Shown in pieces: positions 22,517 to 33,315 of a DNA stretch of 44,344 bases. Positions within the stretch are counted from its first letter, which is position 1, and each line of letters opens with the position of its first letter. The notes beneath the pieces were generated by a model. It was not told the origin of the DNA and made no database searches. It worked only from the letters and a program-made list of their open reading frames with translations. The stretch lies in contig MEDX01000680.1 of the NCBI GenBank assembly GCA_001724245.1, positions 1 to 44,344 of the forward strand. The letters run 5' to 3'. This DNA comes from Fonticula-like sp. SCN 57-25. Taxonomy: Eukaryota. Made by a program: the position numbers and the translations under genes.

Positions 22517-23297
22517 CTTTCCCCGTCTTCGTGCCAAAGGCAAAATCACCCTAAATCGAAGGAAGGGAAGGAAAGAGAACTGAAGGGAAATCGACCAATC
22601 ACACACCGCAGCATATTTCCAATTTGGAAAAAGGGACCTTCCAGCCCTTCTCCAGAAGGCCCTCGAGGTTTGCTTATCAACCCCTGCCATCTATTTTTGT
22701 GGGGCTTGGCTTGGGGTAGGTTTTGAGTGGGGCGAATTGTGCCAAACAAAAATAAACATCCTCGGATGGTTGCCGGAGGCGAGAATTCGCTGCAGCATCT
22801 CGTGAACGAGCTTGGCCAACTTTTTGTTTTGCTGTGTAAGGACAGGTCCTGGCACTTTTTTTTTCTTTGGAAATCACAATCCCCGCATGACCTTTAAAGT
22901 AGGGAAATGGGCCGAGCGAATGTCGGCCAAAAAATGGAAAGAGAAAATATGAGCGCTGCCTAGGTTCGCCCATTGGGCAAAACACAAAATTCTTTGCTCG
23001 TAGTCGCTTTTCCACCGCACCACCCGACCGCCTTTTGTTGGCCGAGATCCTATAAGATGCACAGCGCGCATTCCCCTCTGTTCGGGCGCTGATGGTCCGC
23101 CCCAGGGCCATTGCCAAAAAGACCGCTCGCGCTTCAGAGTCCATTACCGCAAGCCATGCCATGACGCCCACATAGGCCGCTCCGCGAGGAATATCTTGAG
23201 TGCATGTACACCGACCGCCACCGTGCCACGTCGGCGCTCCAATAGTCAACCTTGCTCCGTTGCTCGGTCACGTGCCCACGCTCGCGAGTTTCGAGCG

Positions 23298-25694
23298 ATG
23301 CTACGTGCAAAGCTTCTGCGACCGCGGGATTCGCCCGTCTTCCACGTCTTTGGCGCCAACACTGGCGTAGGCAAGACGGTGGCGTCCGCTGGCCTTCTTC
23401 GCCGTGCCTCGCTCCCACCCTCTTCCCTTCGCGTGTCGTATCTAAAACCGGTCCAGACGGGATTTCCCTCGGACAGCGATGCTCGCCTGGTACAGAGCCT
23501 CGCGCCTCGGGCGACTGTCGCGCAGCTCTTTGCGTACCGCGAGGCCGTTGGGCCGCACCTAGCCGTCCAATTGGAGAACAGTGGCGCCGGCAGCTCGCCG
23601 CCAGTGATCCCATCCGACGACCAAGTGCGGCAGCGGATTGACGCGCATCTTGTTGCGCACGATTCCGCGTCGCAGTCCGCCAGCCTTCTTTTAGTTGAGA
23701 CGGCCGGCGGCGTGCTCAGCCCCGGTATTGCAAACACGGCTCTTCAGGTGGATGTTTTGCGCCCGTTTCGCTTTCCCGTTCTCCTTGTCGGTGACGCGCG
23801 GCTCGGCGGCATCTCGACGACGCTCTCGGCGTACGAGTCGCTGCGCCTGCGCGGAATGGACGTTGCCTCTATTTGCTTCTTCAGCGACAATGGCGCCCTC
23901 GACAACGCGCGCGCAGTAGAGCGCCACGTGGATGCCACGACGCGAGTTGTTTCCCTGGACGGAATCCCTGCGGAGGGCGCGCTCGGGCCGTGGATGGACG
24001 AGCGCGAGGGCCAATTTGGCGAGCTCCTTTCTTCCCTCCTCGCATTCCACGGCGCACAGGTTGACGCGCGGGAGAAGCTCGCGGCATCAACGCGCGAAAC
24101 TGTCTGGTGGCCGTTCACGCAGCATAGAACGGTGCGCAACGTCATGTCGATCGACAGCGCGTACGGCGACTACTACGTCGGCCAAGTGTGCGACGAAACC
24201 AACGCGCCAGTGGTCAACAATGCGCCGCAGTACGTCCTGCTTTTGTTTTTGTTTTGCTTGCGATACTCACCGCTGCAGACACGTATACGACGCTTGCGGC
24301 TCGTGGTGGACACAGGGCGTCGGCCACGGCAACCCGACCATGGTCAAGGCACGCCCCCTCTCCTTCATTCAGTGTGCTGACCTTGCTATTTGCTAGGACA
24401 TTGCTTATGCGGCGGGCCGCTATGGGCACCTCATCTTTCCCGAAGTGGCGCATGCGCCAGCGACCGCGCTTGCCGAGCGCGCGCTGCGCCTCGCCGGCGG
24501 CGCGTGGGCGTCGCGGGTCTTCTTTTCGGACAACGGCTCCGCCGCCATTGAGATTGCGCTCAAGATGGCCATGCAGCTGTACGCCCGCCGGCGCGGCCTT
24601 TCGCCGAGCGACGCTGTCGACTTTGAGACGGTTGCGCTGTCCAACTCGTACCATGGCGACACCCTGGGCGCCATGAACATCTCAAGCCCAACGGCATTCA
24701 ACAAGTCGTTCAAGTGGTGCGCCGCGCCGGACCGCTTTTCGTGTCGCTGACTTTGTTTCGCAGGTACAAGGGCAGCTCGCTGTGGCTGGACGCGCCGACC
24801 TTCTCGCTGCGTGACGGCCTGTACCACGTCGTGCAGCCCGATGACGGCGCCGCCACCGCGCTGGGCGCGACCTTTGAGTCGGTGCACAGCAGCGAGCGCG
24901 ACACGTCACCCCTCGCTGACGCGTACGCGCGCCGCATTGACGCTGCGCTGGACGGCGCGCTGGCCGCCGGCCGCCACCTCGCCGCGCTCGTCATGGAGCC
25001 CGTCGTGCACGGCGCCAACGGCATGGAAGGCGTCGACCCGCTCTTCCAGCGCCTCCTCATCCGCGCTTGCCGTCGCCGAGGCATCGTCATTATCCTCGAC
25101 GAGATCTTTGTCGGCATGTACCGCCTCGGCCCAGCCAGCGCCGCGCTCGCGTACCTCCGCGAGTCGCCCGACATTGCGACGTTTGCAAAGCTCCTCTCGG
25201 GCGGGTCGCTCTCCATCGCGCTGACGCTCGCGTCCGCCGACGTCTTTGACTCGTTCCTCGGCGAGGCCAAGCGCGAGGCGCTCCTGCACGGGCACTCGTA
25301 CACGGCCAACCCCGTTGCGTGCGCCGCCGCCGTCAGCGCCCTCGACGCCTACCCGCACGCCGAGCTCTGGCAGCGCGACGGCGTCGCTGATCTTTTCCCG
25401 GAAAACACGGTCGCCGAAATCTCGCGCCTCGAGGCGAGCGTCCGCGTCGTTGCAAAGGGGTCGCTGCTTGCCGTCGAGCTCGCCAGCGAAAAGGGACCGG
25501 CGGCGAACGCGCCGGGGTACGGCAGCGGGCGCATCCCACGCGTCGAGCGCGTCCTCGCTAGGCTGCTCGAGGACGGCGTCTTTGCGCGACCGCTCGGGCG
25601 CACCATCTACATCATGGGGACGCCTACGACGAGTGCCGCAGAGGGGGCGCGGCTCGCAAGCGCGCTCCTTAGCGCCGTAGCCAAGGAAACATAG
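23298..25694 (+). CDS. BIO3-BIO1: Bifunctional dethiobiotin synthetase / 7,8-diaminopelargonate aminotransferase (BioD-BioA fusion)
   Basis: BioD motifs GANTGVGKT, YLKPVQTG, ETAGGVLSP, GDARLGGIS; BioA motifs WWPFTQH, SWWTQG, SDNGS, YHGDTLGA, DEIFVG, FAKLLSGG, LHGHSYTA. Introns 24230-24278, 24349-24396 (GC-AG) and 24717-24763. Confidence 0.95.
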
Positions 25695-25940
25695 AAAGTA
25701 ATATAGGAATGATTGAGGCGCATAGAAGGTTGGCGAAACCATATTTTATACCCACGTGCAATCGACTACTGCAACGTGGATTAGAGTGCAATGTAGATAC
25801 AATGACAATATATACTTTTCTGTAATTTTCATAAAATATCTGATGATGGCATGAGGTACTGTACTGAACAATATTATTGGCACTATAATCAACGATACAG
25901 TGTGCGCGTTGCGCAGCGATTCCCGGTTAACCCGAGGATA

Positions 25941-27149
25941 TTACAGATGGGCGGGGGCCTTGATGGGCACGTGGAAGAAGGCAAACCCCTTGTCGTTGGC
26001 GGGCGGCAGGTGCCCCGCGCGCGCGTTGAACTGGACTGAATAAAAGAGGAGCCTCGGGTTGCCGAGCTTGGCGTCGCGCTCGGTCCTGACCTTTACAAAC
26101 TCGTCGAGCGACGTCCCGTCCCGGATGTGCATGTTTGACGACGCCTGCTCCTGGACTGACGCGTGGAACTTGAGCGGCCGCCCGTTGGGGCAGTAGTCGT
26201 GGCCGACGTACATCTGCACAAAGCGCGGCAGGTCGTAGAGCCTGCTGATGCTCTTGTAGAGCACCGCCGCGTCGCCGCCGGGAAAGTCGCAGCGCGCGGT
26301 GCCGGCGTCGGGCTGGAAGATCGAGTCGCCGACAAAGATCGCGCCTCCGATCAGCTGCGACGTCGAGTCGCTCGTGTGGCCGGGCGTGTTGAGCACGCGC
26401 GCAGGGAGCGTCCCGACAGTGTATGTCGAATTGTCCTCAAAGAGCTCGTCAAACTGGCTGCCGTCGGTCGCCAGATCAGGCATGTTAAGGCGGTCCTTAA
26501 AGGTCGCCTGCACCGTGCGGATCCCCTCGCCGATGCACACGAGAGCGGTCCCGCCGAGCTCCCGCTTGAGGTACTGCGCCGCCGTCAAGTGGTCCGCGTG
26601 AACGTGTGTCTCGATGATGCGCTCGACCTTGAGACCGTGCGAGCGAACAAACTGCAGGATCTTGTCCGCAGACTCGGTCGAGATCGCGCCCTTGACGGGA
26701 TCGAAATCAAGAACGCTGTCGAGGATTACCGTCGAGAGGGTCTCATCGTCCGTGACGACAAACTGGCACGTGCCAGTTACGCTCTCGTAAAACATCTTGA
26801 TCGATGGAAGCGCAAGCGGCTTCACGACGACCGCGAGGCCGGCCTCGCGCCAAGCGCGAAAGCCCCCCTGGACCCACGATACATGCGCGCGATCGCCCCA
26901 TTCGGTCGCCGCGCGCGCGGCGAGCGACGCCGTCTCGCTGTCCGAGTCGTCGCCGCCAACGAGAATCACGGGCGTCGCGAGATCGTCGGGGAGATGGCGA
27001 GAGGAGAACGCGTGGGCAGGCGCGGGCTGCGCGCCATCGACGGCGCCGTCCGACAGGAACTTGGCGCGCGAACGAACGTCAAGGATAACGGCCAGCGGAG
27101 AGGCCGACAAGAGCGCAGGCACTTCGCTTGCAGAGACGGGCTTTGCCAT
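25941..27149 (-). CDS. Rhodanese-like domain fused N-terminally to a persulfide dioxygenase (ETHE1/SdoA-type MBL fold), 402 aa, intronless
   Basis: Rhodanese hallmarks ILDVRS and VQGGFRAW; PDO motifs DSVLDFD, ETHVHADHLT, TPGHT, FVGDSIFQPDAGTARCDFPGG, GHDY and ERDAKL. Confidence 0.92.
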   Translation of the reverse strand: MAKPVSASEVPALLSASPLAVILDVRSRAKFLSDGAVDGAQPAPAHAFSSRHLPDDLATPVILVGGDDSDSETASLAARAATEWGDRAHVSWVQGGFRAWREAGLAVVVKPLALPSIKMFYESVTGTCQFVVTDDETLSTVILDSVLDFDPVKGAISTESADKILQFVRSHGLKVERIIETHVHADHLTAAQYLKRELGGTALVCIGEGIRTVQATFKDRLNMPDLATDGSQFDELFEDNSTYTVGTLPARVLNTPGHTSDSTSQLIGGAIFVGDSIFQPDAGTARCDFPGGDAAVLYKSISRLYDLPRFVQMYVGHDYCPNGRPLKFHASVQEQASSNMHIRDGTSLDEFVKVRTERDAKLGNPRLLFYSVQFNARAGHLPPANDKGFAFFHVPIKAPAHL

Positions 27150-27529
27150 CTTTTTCGTGATTCAGGATGAAACTAGAACTTGAGGTAGGCGAGGGGGCGA
27201 CGACCGGGGGCAGCTTTTATCAACACAGCAGCGTCGGATGTCACCTTCCTCATACGGATCGAATTAACCCGGTTGATTTTGATTACGTGGATCATAAGGA
27301 AGGCTGTAAAACCCGCTGAAAGTCGTAATTTGGGATGCATATTGCGGCAAATTGGACCAATAGCTCTGTGAATGGAAAGAAGGACAATATTCTTGGTGAC
27401 ACTGACTCTCGCTGTGCACCTTTGATGACAATATGCATGTGTGCCTCGAGGCTGCTACTTCATTTTGGATACTGAATAAAGCATAGAGCTCGTTTATTGT
27501 CTAGCATTTTGGTGCACAGAGAAAAAGAC

Positions 27530-29110
27530 TTACTTGGTGACATGGGTGAGGATGTCAATGGGGGTGAGGATAGCGCGGATGGTGCCGTCGTCGTTGGTGA
27601 CGAACGCGGCCGAGTGCAGCTCAAAGAACTTGCTGAGCGACTGGAGCTTGGTGTCGAGGGTGACGGGCTTGAACGCGCCGCCGCTGCTCTTGGAGAACAT
27701 AAACTTGCCGTGCTCGCACGAGACGAGGTCGTCGACCGAGAGGCTACCCTTGGCGAGCTTGGCGAGGAGGTTGCCGAGGGTGACCATACCGACGGGCTTG
27801 CCGGCGGGGCTCACGACGGGCAGCTGGTCAAAGCCGTTGGCGCGCATGAGCTCGATGGCGTCCTTGCAGGTGGCGCTGGGCTGGACGGTGACGGGCGTCG
27901 GCAGGTTGAGGTCGCCGACGGTGGCGCCGTGGAAGCGGTCGTCAGCGGTCTCGACCTCGGACGCGGCCATGAAGCCGTTCTCGACCATCCAGTCGTCGTT
28001 GAGGAACTTTGTCATGTAGTTGCGGACCGAGTCGGCGAGGATGACGACGACGCGCTGGCCCGGGCCGAGGCGGCGGGCCACCTGCAGGGCGGCGTCAAGG
28101 GCCGAGCCGGCAGAGCCGCCGCACAGGATGCCCTCCTCGCGGATAAGGCGGCGCGCAAGCTTGAACGAGGCCTCGTCGTTCGTCTTGATCCACTCGTCAA
28201 CGAGCGTGCGGTCAAGCACATCGGGCACAAAGTCGTATCCGATGCCCTCGACCTTGTACGACTCGGACGTCGTGTTGAGCGACTCGGGCTGCGCGAGGAT
28301 CGAGCCGTGCGGGTCGGCGCCGACAATCTTCACATTCGGGACGCGCTCCTTGAGCTTCTTGGCAATGCCGGCAATCGTGCCGCCAGTGCCGGCGGCCGAA
28401 ACAAACACATCGAGCTTGTCTTCGCACGCGGCGAGGATCTCCTCGGCGGTGCCGTCATAGTGCGCAAGCGGGTTGTTCGGGTTGCCGTACTGGTCAAGAA
28501 TAACGGCATTCGGGATCTCCTTCTCGAGGCGGCGGGCAACACCAATGTGGCTCTCGGGCGCATCCCAAGCGGCCTCGGTGGGCGTGCGGATAATCTCGGC
28601 GCCGAGCGCCTTGAGCACGTTGACCTTCTCCTGGCTCATCTTCTCGGGAAGAGTGATGATGCAGCGGTAGCCCTTCACGGCAGCAGCGAGAGCGAGACCA
28701 ATGCCAGTGTTGCCAGAGGTCGGCTCGATGATGGTGTAGCCGGGCTTGATGCGGCCCTCGCGCTCAGCCTCCTCGACCATGCGCTTGCCAATGCGGTCCT
28801 TCACGGAGCCGCCAGCGTTGAAAAACTCGCACTTGGCCCCTATTTCGAACGTAAGCATAAATAATGAAAAGTAAGTAGGGTAGACGCACAAAGCTCGCAC
28901 TTGAGGCCCTCGGCCTTGGCGATGCGGTCAAGGCGCACCATCGGCGTGTTGCCAATGTGGCCGAGGATCGAGTCAATGACACGAGGCTCGGGCTTGCTAA
29001 AAGATGAGAAACAAAAATGCACGTCAGTAACAAGAAAAACACTTTGAATAGAGCAAAAGCGCGACGCACGCCTCGATCACGTGGTGGTTCTTGTACATGT
29101 CGGTCGACAT
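27530..29110 (-). CDS. CBS: Cystathionine beta-synthase with C-terminal CBS-pair regulatory domain
   Basis: [25 protein letters not shown] (PLP Lys), [33 protein letters not shown] and CBS domains. Introns 28997-29069 and 28840-28889; ATG at 29110. Confidence 0.96.
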
Positions 29111-29614
29111 TTTGGTCAGCTCCGATGGGTCTCGCGGTAAGTCGATTCAAGAGTGTGCGAAAAATCCAACTGATCCGAAGAAATGTTGTCACTAAGCTCC
29201 AATCACCGTATGGGCCAATCAGCGACGAGTGACCAGGCTGACGGATGTTCCGCGGGGCCTGTGCAGATACTGAAGAGCATAGCAAAGGCAATTCGGCGCG
29301 ATAAACACAACCAAAAGAATAAAGTGATGCACAATAAACATACACGGCCAAAGCCATATCGCATCCTGTACGCTATAATAAACCACAAGACTGTCGATGT
29401 TTGTCTTGGTACTAAGTTTTGTATTGCTCGCACGTGGAAACAGAGACATTGGGCGCCAGGCGACATGAATGTACTAGAGTTCATCTGCTTTTCAACATAT
29501 TTCAGTTATTGGTAATAATCCCCGGGCAGTACTCTTCTGACAATGAGAAACAGCAATTGATTAAAATACAGCGATACAGCAATACATAATTATACTATCA
29601 AAGCGGGCCAGCGA

Positions 29615-30392
29615 CTATGACGACTCCTTGGTGTCGTCCTCATCCTCGCTACTGCTCATGCCCTCCACCTCGAGGTCCCCCCATGGCGACGCCGTCTTCT
29701 TGGCGGCGGCAGCCTTTGCCTCGGCCTTCTTCTTCTGGCCTTCCTCCTCGGCCAGCTTCTCCCTCTTCTCGGCCTCCTCCTTTTCGCGCAGCCCCTCAAG
29801 CACAGCCGAGCTCACCGCCTCCTTCAAGTCATCGCAGTCCGCCTTGAACTGCGGGTCGTCGATCATGACCTTTTTCGGCTCCGACTCGGCCGCGAGGATC
29901 GACTGAGCCTGCTCCAGCTTGCGCTTCTTGCGCTCCTCGCGCTCCACAGCGTCGTCCGCGCGCGCCTTTTCCCAAGCAGCAAGCCTAGAAAATAGTTAGT
30001 TGTGAATTTGGGATGCCGCAATGAACGTACTGTGCCGCCTGCGTCGTGCTGCGAAGACGGCGGCCGGTCAAGTCACGGCACGCCTGAAAGTTTGTCGTCT
30101 GCTTGGACGCCATCTTGCCGCCCATGCTGCGCAGCATCGAGCCAAAGCCGCCCTTGCCGCCATTCAGGCGGAGCTGAGCGCGCACAAACAGCACCGGGTC
30201 CATGCGCGACGCGGCATCGTCGAGCACGGCGGTTGTCAGCGGAACACCATTGCACGAAAGCCAAAAGTCGTCCGAGCAAAGACCGCTAGCCTCGCAAACG
30301 GAAGAAAGAACATTCGAAAAGGAAACGGAAGAATCACCGTTCGAGGTGACAACGGTGGGGCTGCCCGCCCAAGAGTCGACAATAATCTGCAT
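29615..30392 (-). CDS. SDE2: SDE2 ubiquitin-fold-activated splicing/replication-stress factor (short form)
   Basis: Ubiquitin-like N-terminus ending LRLNGG|KGGFGSMLR, then TTNFQACRDLTGRRLR. Intron 29985-30030, followed by a coiled-coil/acidic tail. Confidence 0.93.
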
Positions 30393-31278
30393 CCTTCGAT
30401 GGACCGTCGCGGTGCGTGGAGATGACTGGACAACTACAGATTTGATAACCATCAGCCGGTCTTTTCATGGTCATCAAATCCATTGAACGCGTAATCATAC
30501 AAACTGCGCCCTGCAAGCCGAACGCCTCTTTTAAAAAAGCAAACCAGTTCAGAACGATATTGTGCTATATGGAAATGGGTTGCACACATAGATGGAACCG
30601 CAGGCCGCTTGAATAAATATTATCCCAAACCTACATCTGCCTAATTCACATGTTTCAAGAGTGCGACCGATACTACACCCCCATGGCTTCGTCCTACCGA
30701 CTACCGGTATGATACACAATCCCTCCTATAGTACGGCTGCTTGGCATATGCTCTTGCCCGCTCTCACCATGCATGACTGCATTTCGACAGGAATTCAGCT
30801 GCGTGTTTGCTGCAAACTGCGTTGCAATGCGACCCGTCATGCAAACAAGTTACGGCCACGTGAAATGTGGGTAGAGTATAAACAGTCTACCCCATCACCC
30901 ATATTCATCATCATCATCGATTGGGGGGTGCCACCCCAATTGGTTCTTTCTTTTTGGCGGTTATTTGTGTTCCCTTTCATTTCGCCGTCGTCAGCGGGGA
31001 GCGCGTGGTTTGCCCTTTCGCCGATCGCCCTTTCCAGTCCATTTGTTTCATTGTACGTCCCTCTCCCGCGAGTACCCGCTTTGTGGCCGATGTGGTGTTG
31101 CTATTGTGGGAAGGGAAATCGCCTGTGGCGTGAATAGTTGATATGCATTTGACCTCACTTCTGTGCCGTTACACCCGGTCAAACCTTGGTTGACATGCCC
31201 GCTGACCTGCGCCCCTGCTTGCTTTTTCTCTTCCTTTAGAGGCGACGCTCTTTACTCGAGAGGGTTTCTATTGAAAAA

Positions 31279-33050
31279 ATGCGTCCTGCCTACGAGCGCA
31301 AGAACACGTTCAAGACGCGCGGTCTTGACGCCGACGAGCTTCGCAAGCGCCGCGAGGAGGCGTCCTTTACGCTCCGCCGCGATGAGCGCATCAGCAGCCT
31401 TATGAAGCGCCGTCAGCTTCAGCCGGGAGACTTTACGGACGATATGGAGAATACGCCGCAGCAGATGGTGCGCAGATTTTTGTTGTCGTGAACTGTAGTA
31501 TTCAAATTTGGCGCCAAAAACAGCCGCAGGCGCAGCAGTGGGCCGACTTCCCCGCCCTCGTCGAGCAGATCATGTCCGATAACCCGGAGGATCAGCTTGC
31601 CGCAACTACTCGCTTCCGCAAAGTCCTTTCGCGCGGTACGCTTCATTTCCGGCCTATGTTTCTTTGGTTCCTGACGCTTCTTGTTGGCCCTTGCAGAGAA
31701 GAACCCGCCCATTGACGAGGTCGTCAACTGCAACGTGATCCCTCGCTTTGTCCAGTTTTTGCAGTCTCCCCTCGAGACGCTTCAGGTACGCGGGCGATTT
31801 TGTATCTATTTCCGTTAACGTCGCTCTCTTTTCCTTGTCCAGTTTGAGGCCGCGTGGGCGCTCACGAACGTCGCCTCTGGCTCGTCCCAGCAGACGATGA
31901 TTGTCATCGACGCCGGCGCCGTTCCGATTTTTGTAATGCTGCTTAGCTCGCCGCACAGCGATGTGCGCGAGCAGGCCGTGTGGGCGCTCGGCAACATTGC
32001 CGGCGACTCGCCGACGTACCGCGACTATGTGCTCAGCTGCAATGTCCTTGAGCCGCTCCTGCACCTCCTCGCGTCCGACTCGAACAAGGTCTCCCTTGTG
32101 CGCAACGCCACGTGGACGCTTTCCAACCTTTGCCGCGGCAAGAAGCCTGCCCCCGAGTGGTCTGTGATCCGCCGCTGCCTTCCTATGCTGTGCAACCTGA
32201 CGTTCCACTCTGACGACGAGGTGCTGACGGACGCCTGCTGGGCGGTTTCGTACCTCACGGACGGCACGAACGACAAGATCCAGGACATTATCGACCACGG
32301 CTTTGGCCGCCGGCTGGTCGAGCTGCTGCTGCACACCAACTCGAACGTGCAGACGCCCGCGCTTCGCTCGGTGGGCAACATTGTCACTGGCTCGGACACG
32401 CAGACGCAGGTGATCATTAACTGCGGTGTTCTTCCGGCGCTCTCGAGCCTCCTGACGTCGGGCACCAAGGACTCGCTGCGCAAGGAGGCGTGCTGGACGC
32501 TCTCTAACATCACGGCCGGCACGCCCGAGCAGATCCAGGCCGTCATCGAGAACAATATCTTCCCGGCGCTCGTCGACGTCCTCATGCACGCCGACCTCAA
32601 GGTCAAGAAGGAGGCCGCCTGGGCGGTGTCCAACGCTACGTCGGGCGGCACCCCGCAGCAGGTCGTCTTCATCGTCGAGCAGGGCTGCATCAAGCCCTTG
32701 TGCGACTTGCTCGCCATCCAGGACCCCAAGCTCATCAAGGTCGCGCTCGATGCGCTCGAAAACATTTTGCGCGTCGGCAAGACCATCAACCCCGCCGACA
32801 ACCCTTACAGTGTGCCATTTTATTTTTGAATACGTGACGCTAACGCATGGAAATTTTCCGCATGACAGTTCGCTTCATTGAGGAGGCCGATGGGTTTGAC
32901 CGCCTCGAGCAGCTCCAGCAGCACCCGCAGCTTGAGGTGTACGAAAAGGCGTACAAGATTGTCGATACGTACCTCCAGGACGGCGAGGACGGCGTCGTGC
33001 CGGACTCGGCGTTTGGGGCGACCGCCGCGTCGTCGGGTTACAACTTTTAA
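31279..33050 (+). CDS. KPNA: Importin subunit alpha (karyopherin alpha)
   Basis: IBB domain ([17 protein letters not shown]) and ARM repeats ([38 protein letters not shown]). Introns 31468-31523, 31636-31696, 31786-31842 and 32810-32868. Confidence 0.97.
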
Positions 33051-33315
33051 GCGCGCGACAGGAAAGTGTGTGTGTGGGTGTGTGGAGTGAAAGGAGGGAG
33101 TGGGAGGCGATGTAAGTAGCCGTCATTATTTTTTTCCTTTTATAATGCAAGGGATTCAATGCTAGTATGGATAGTCAACATTGCAATGGTGGGCAGTAGA
33201 GGGTATAGCATAGAAAACATGAAATTTATTATGCAGACAACGTTTACGGTAACGTACAAGTATGTACAATAAGCGCTAAAAATACACATGAAACAAACAA
33301 AATACATTATTGCGG

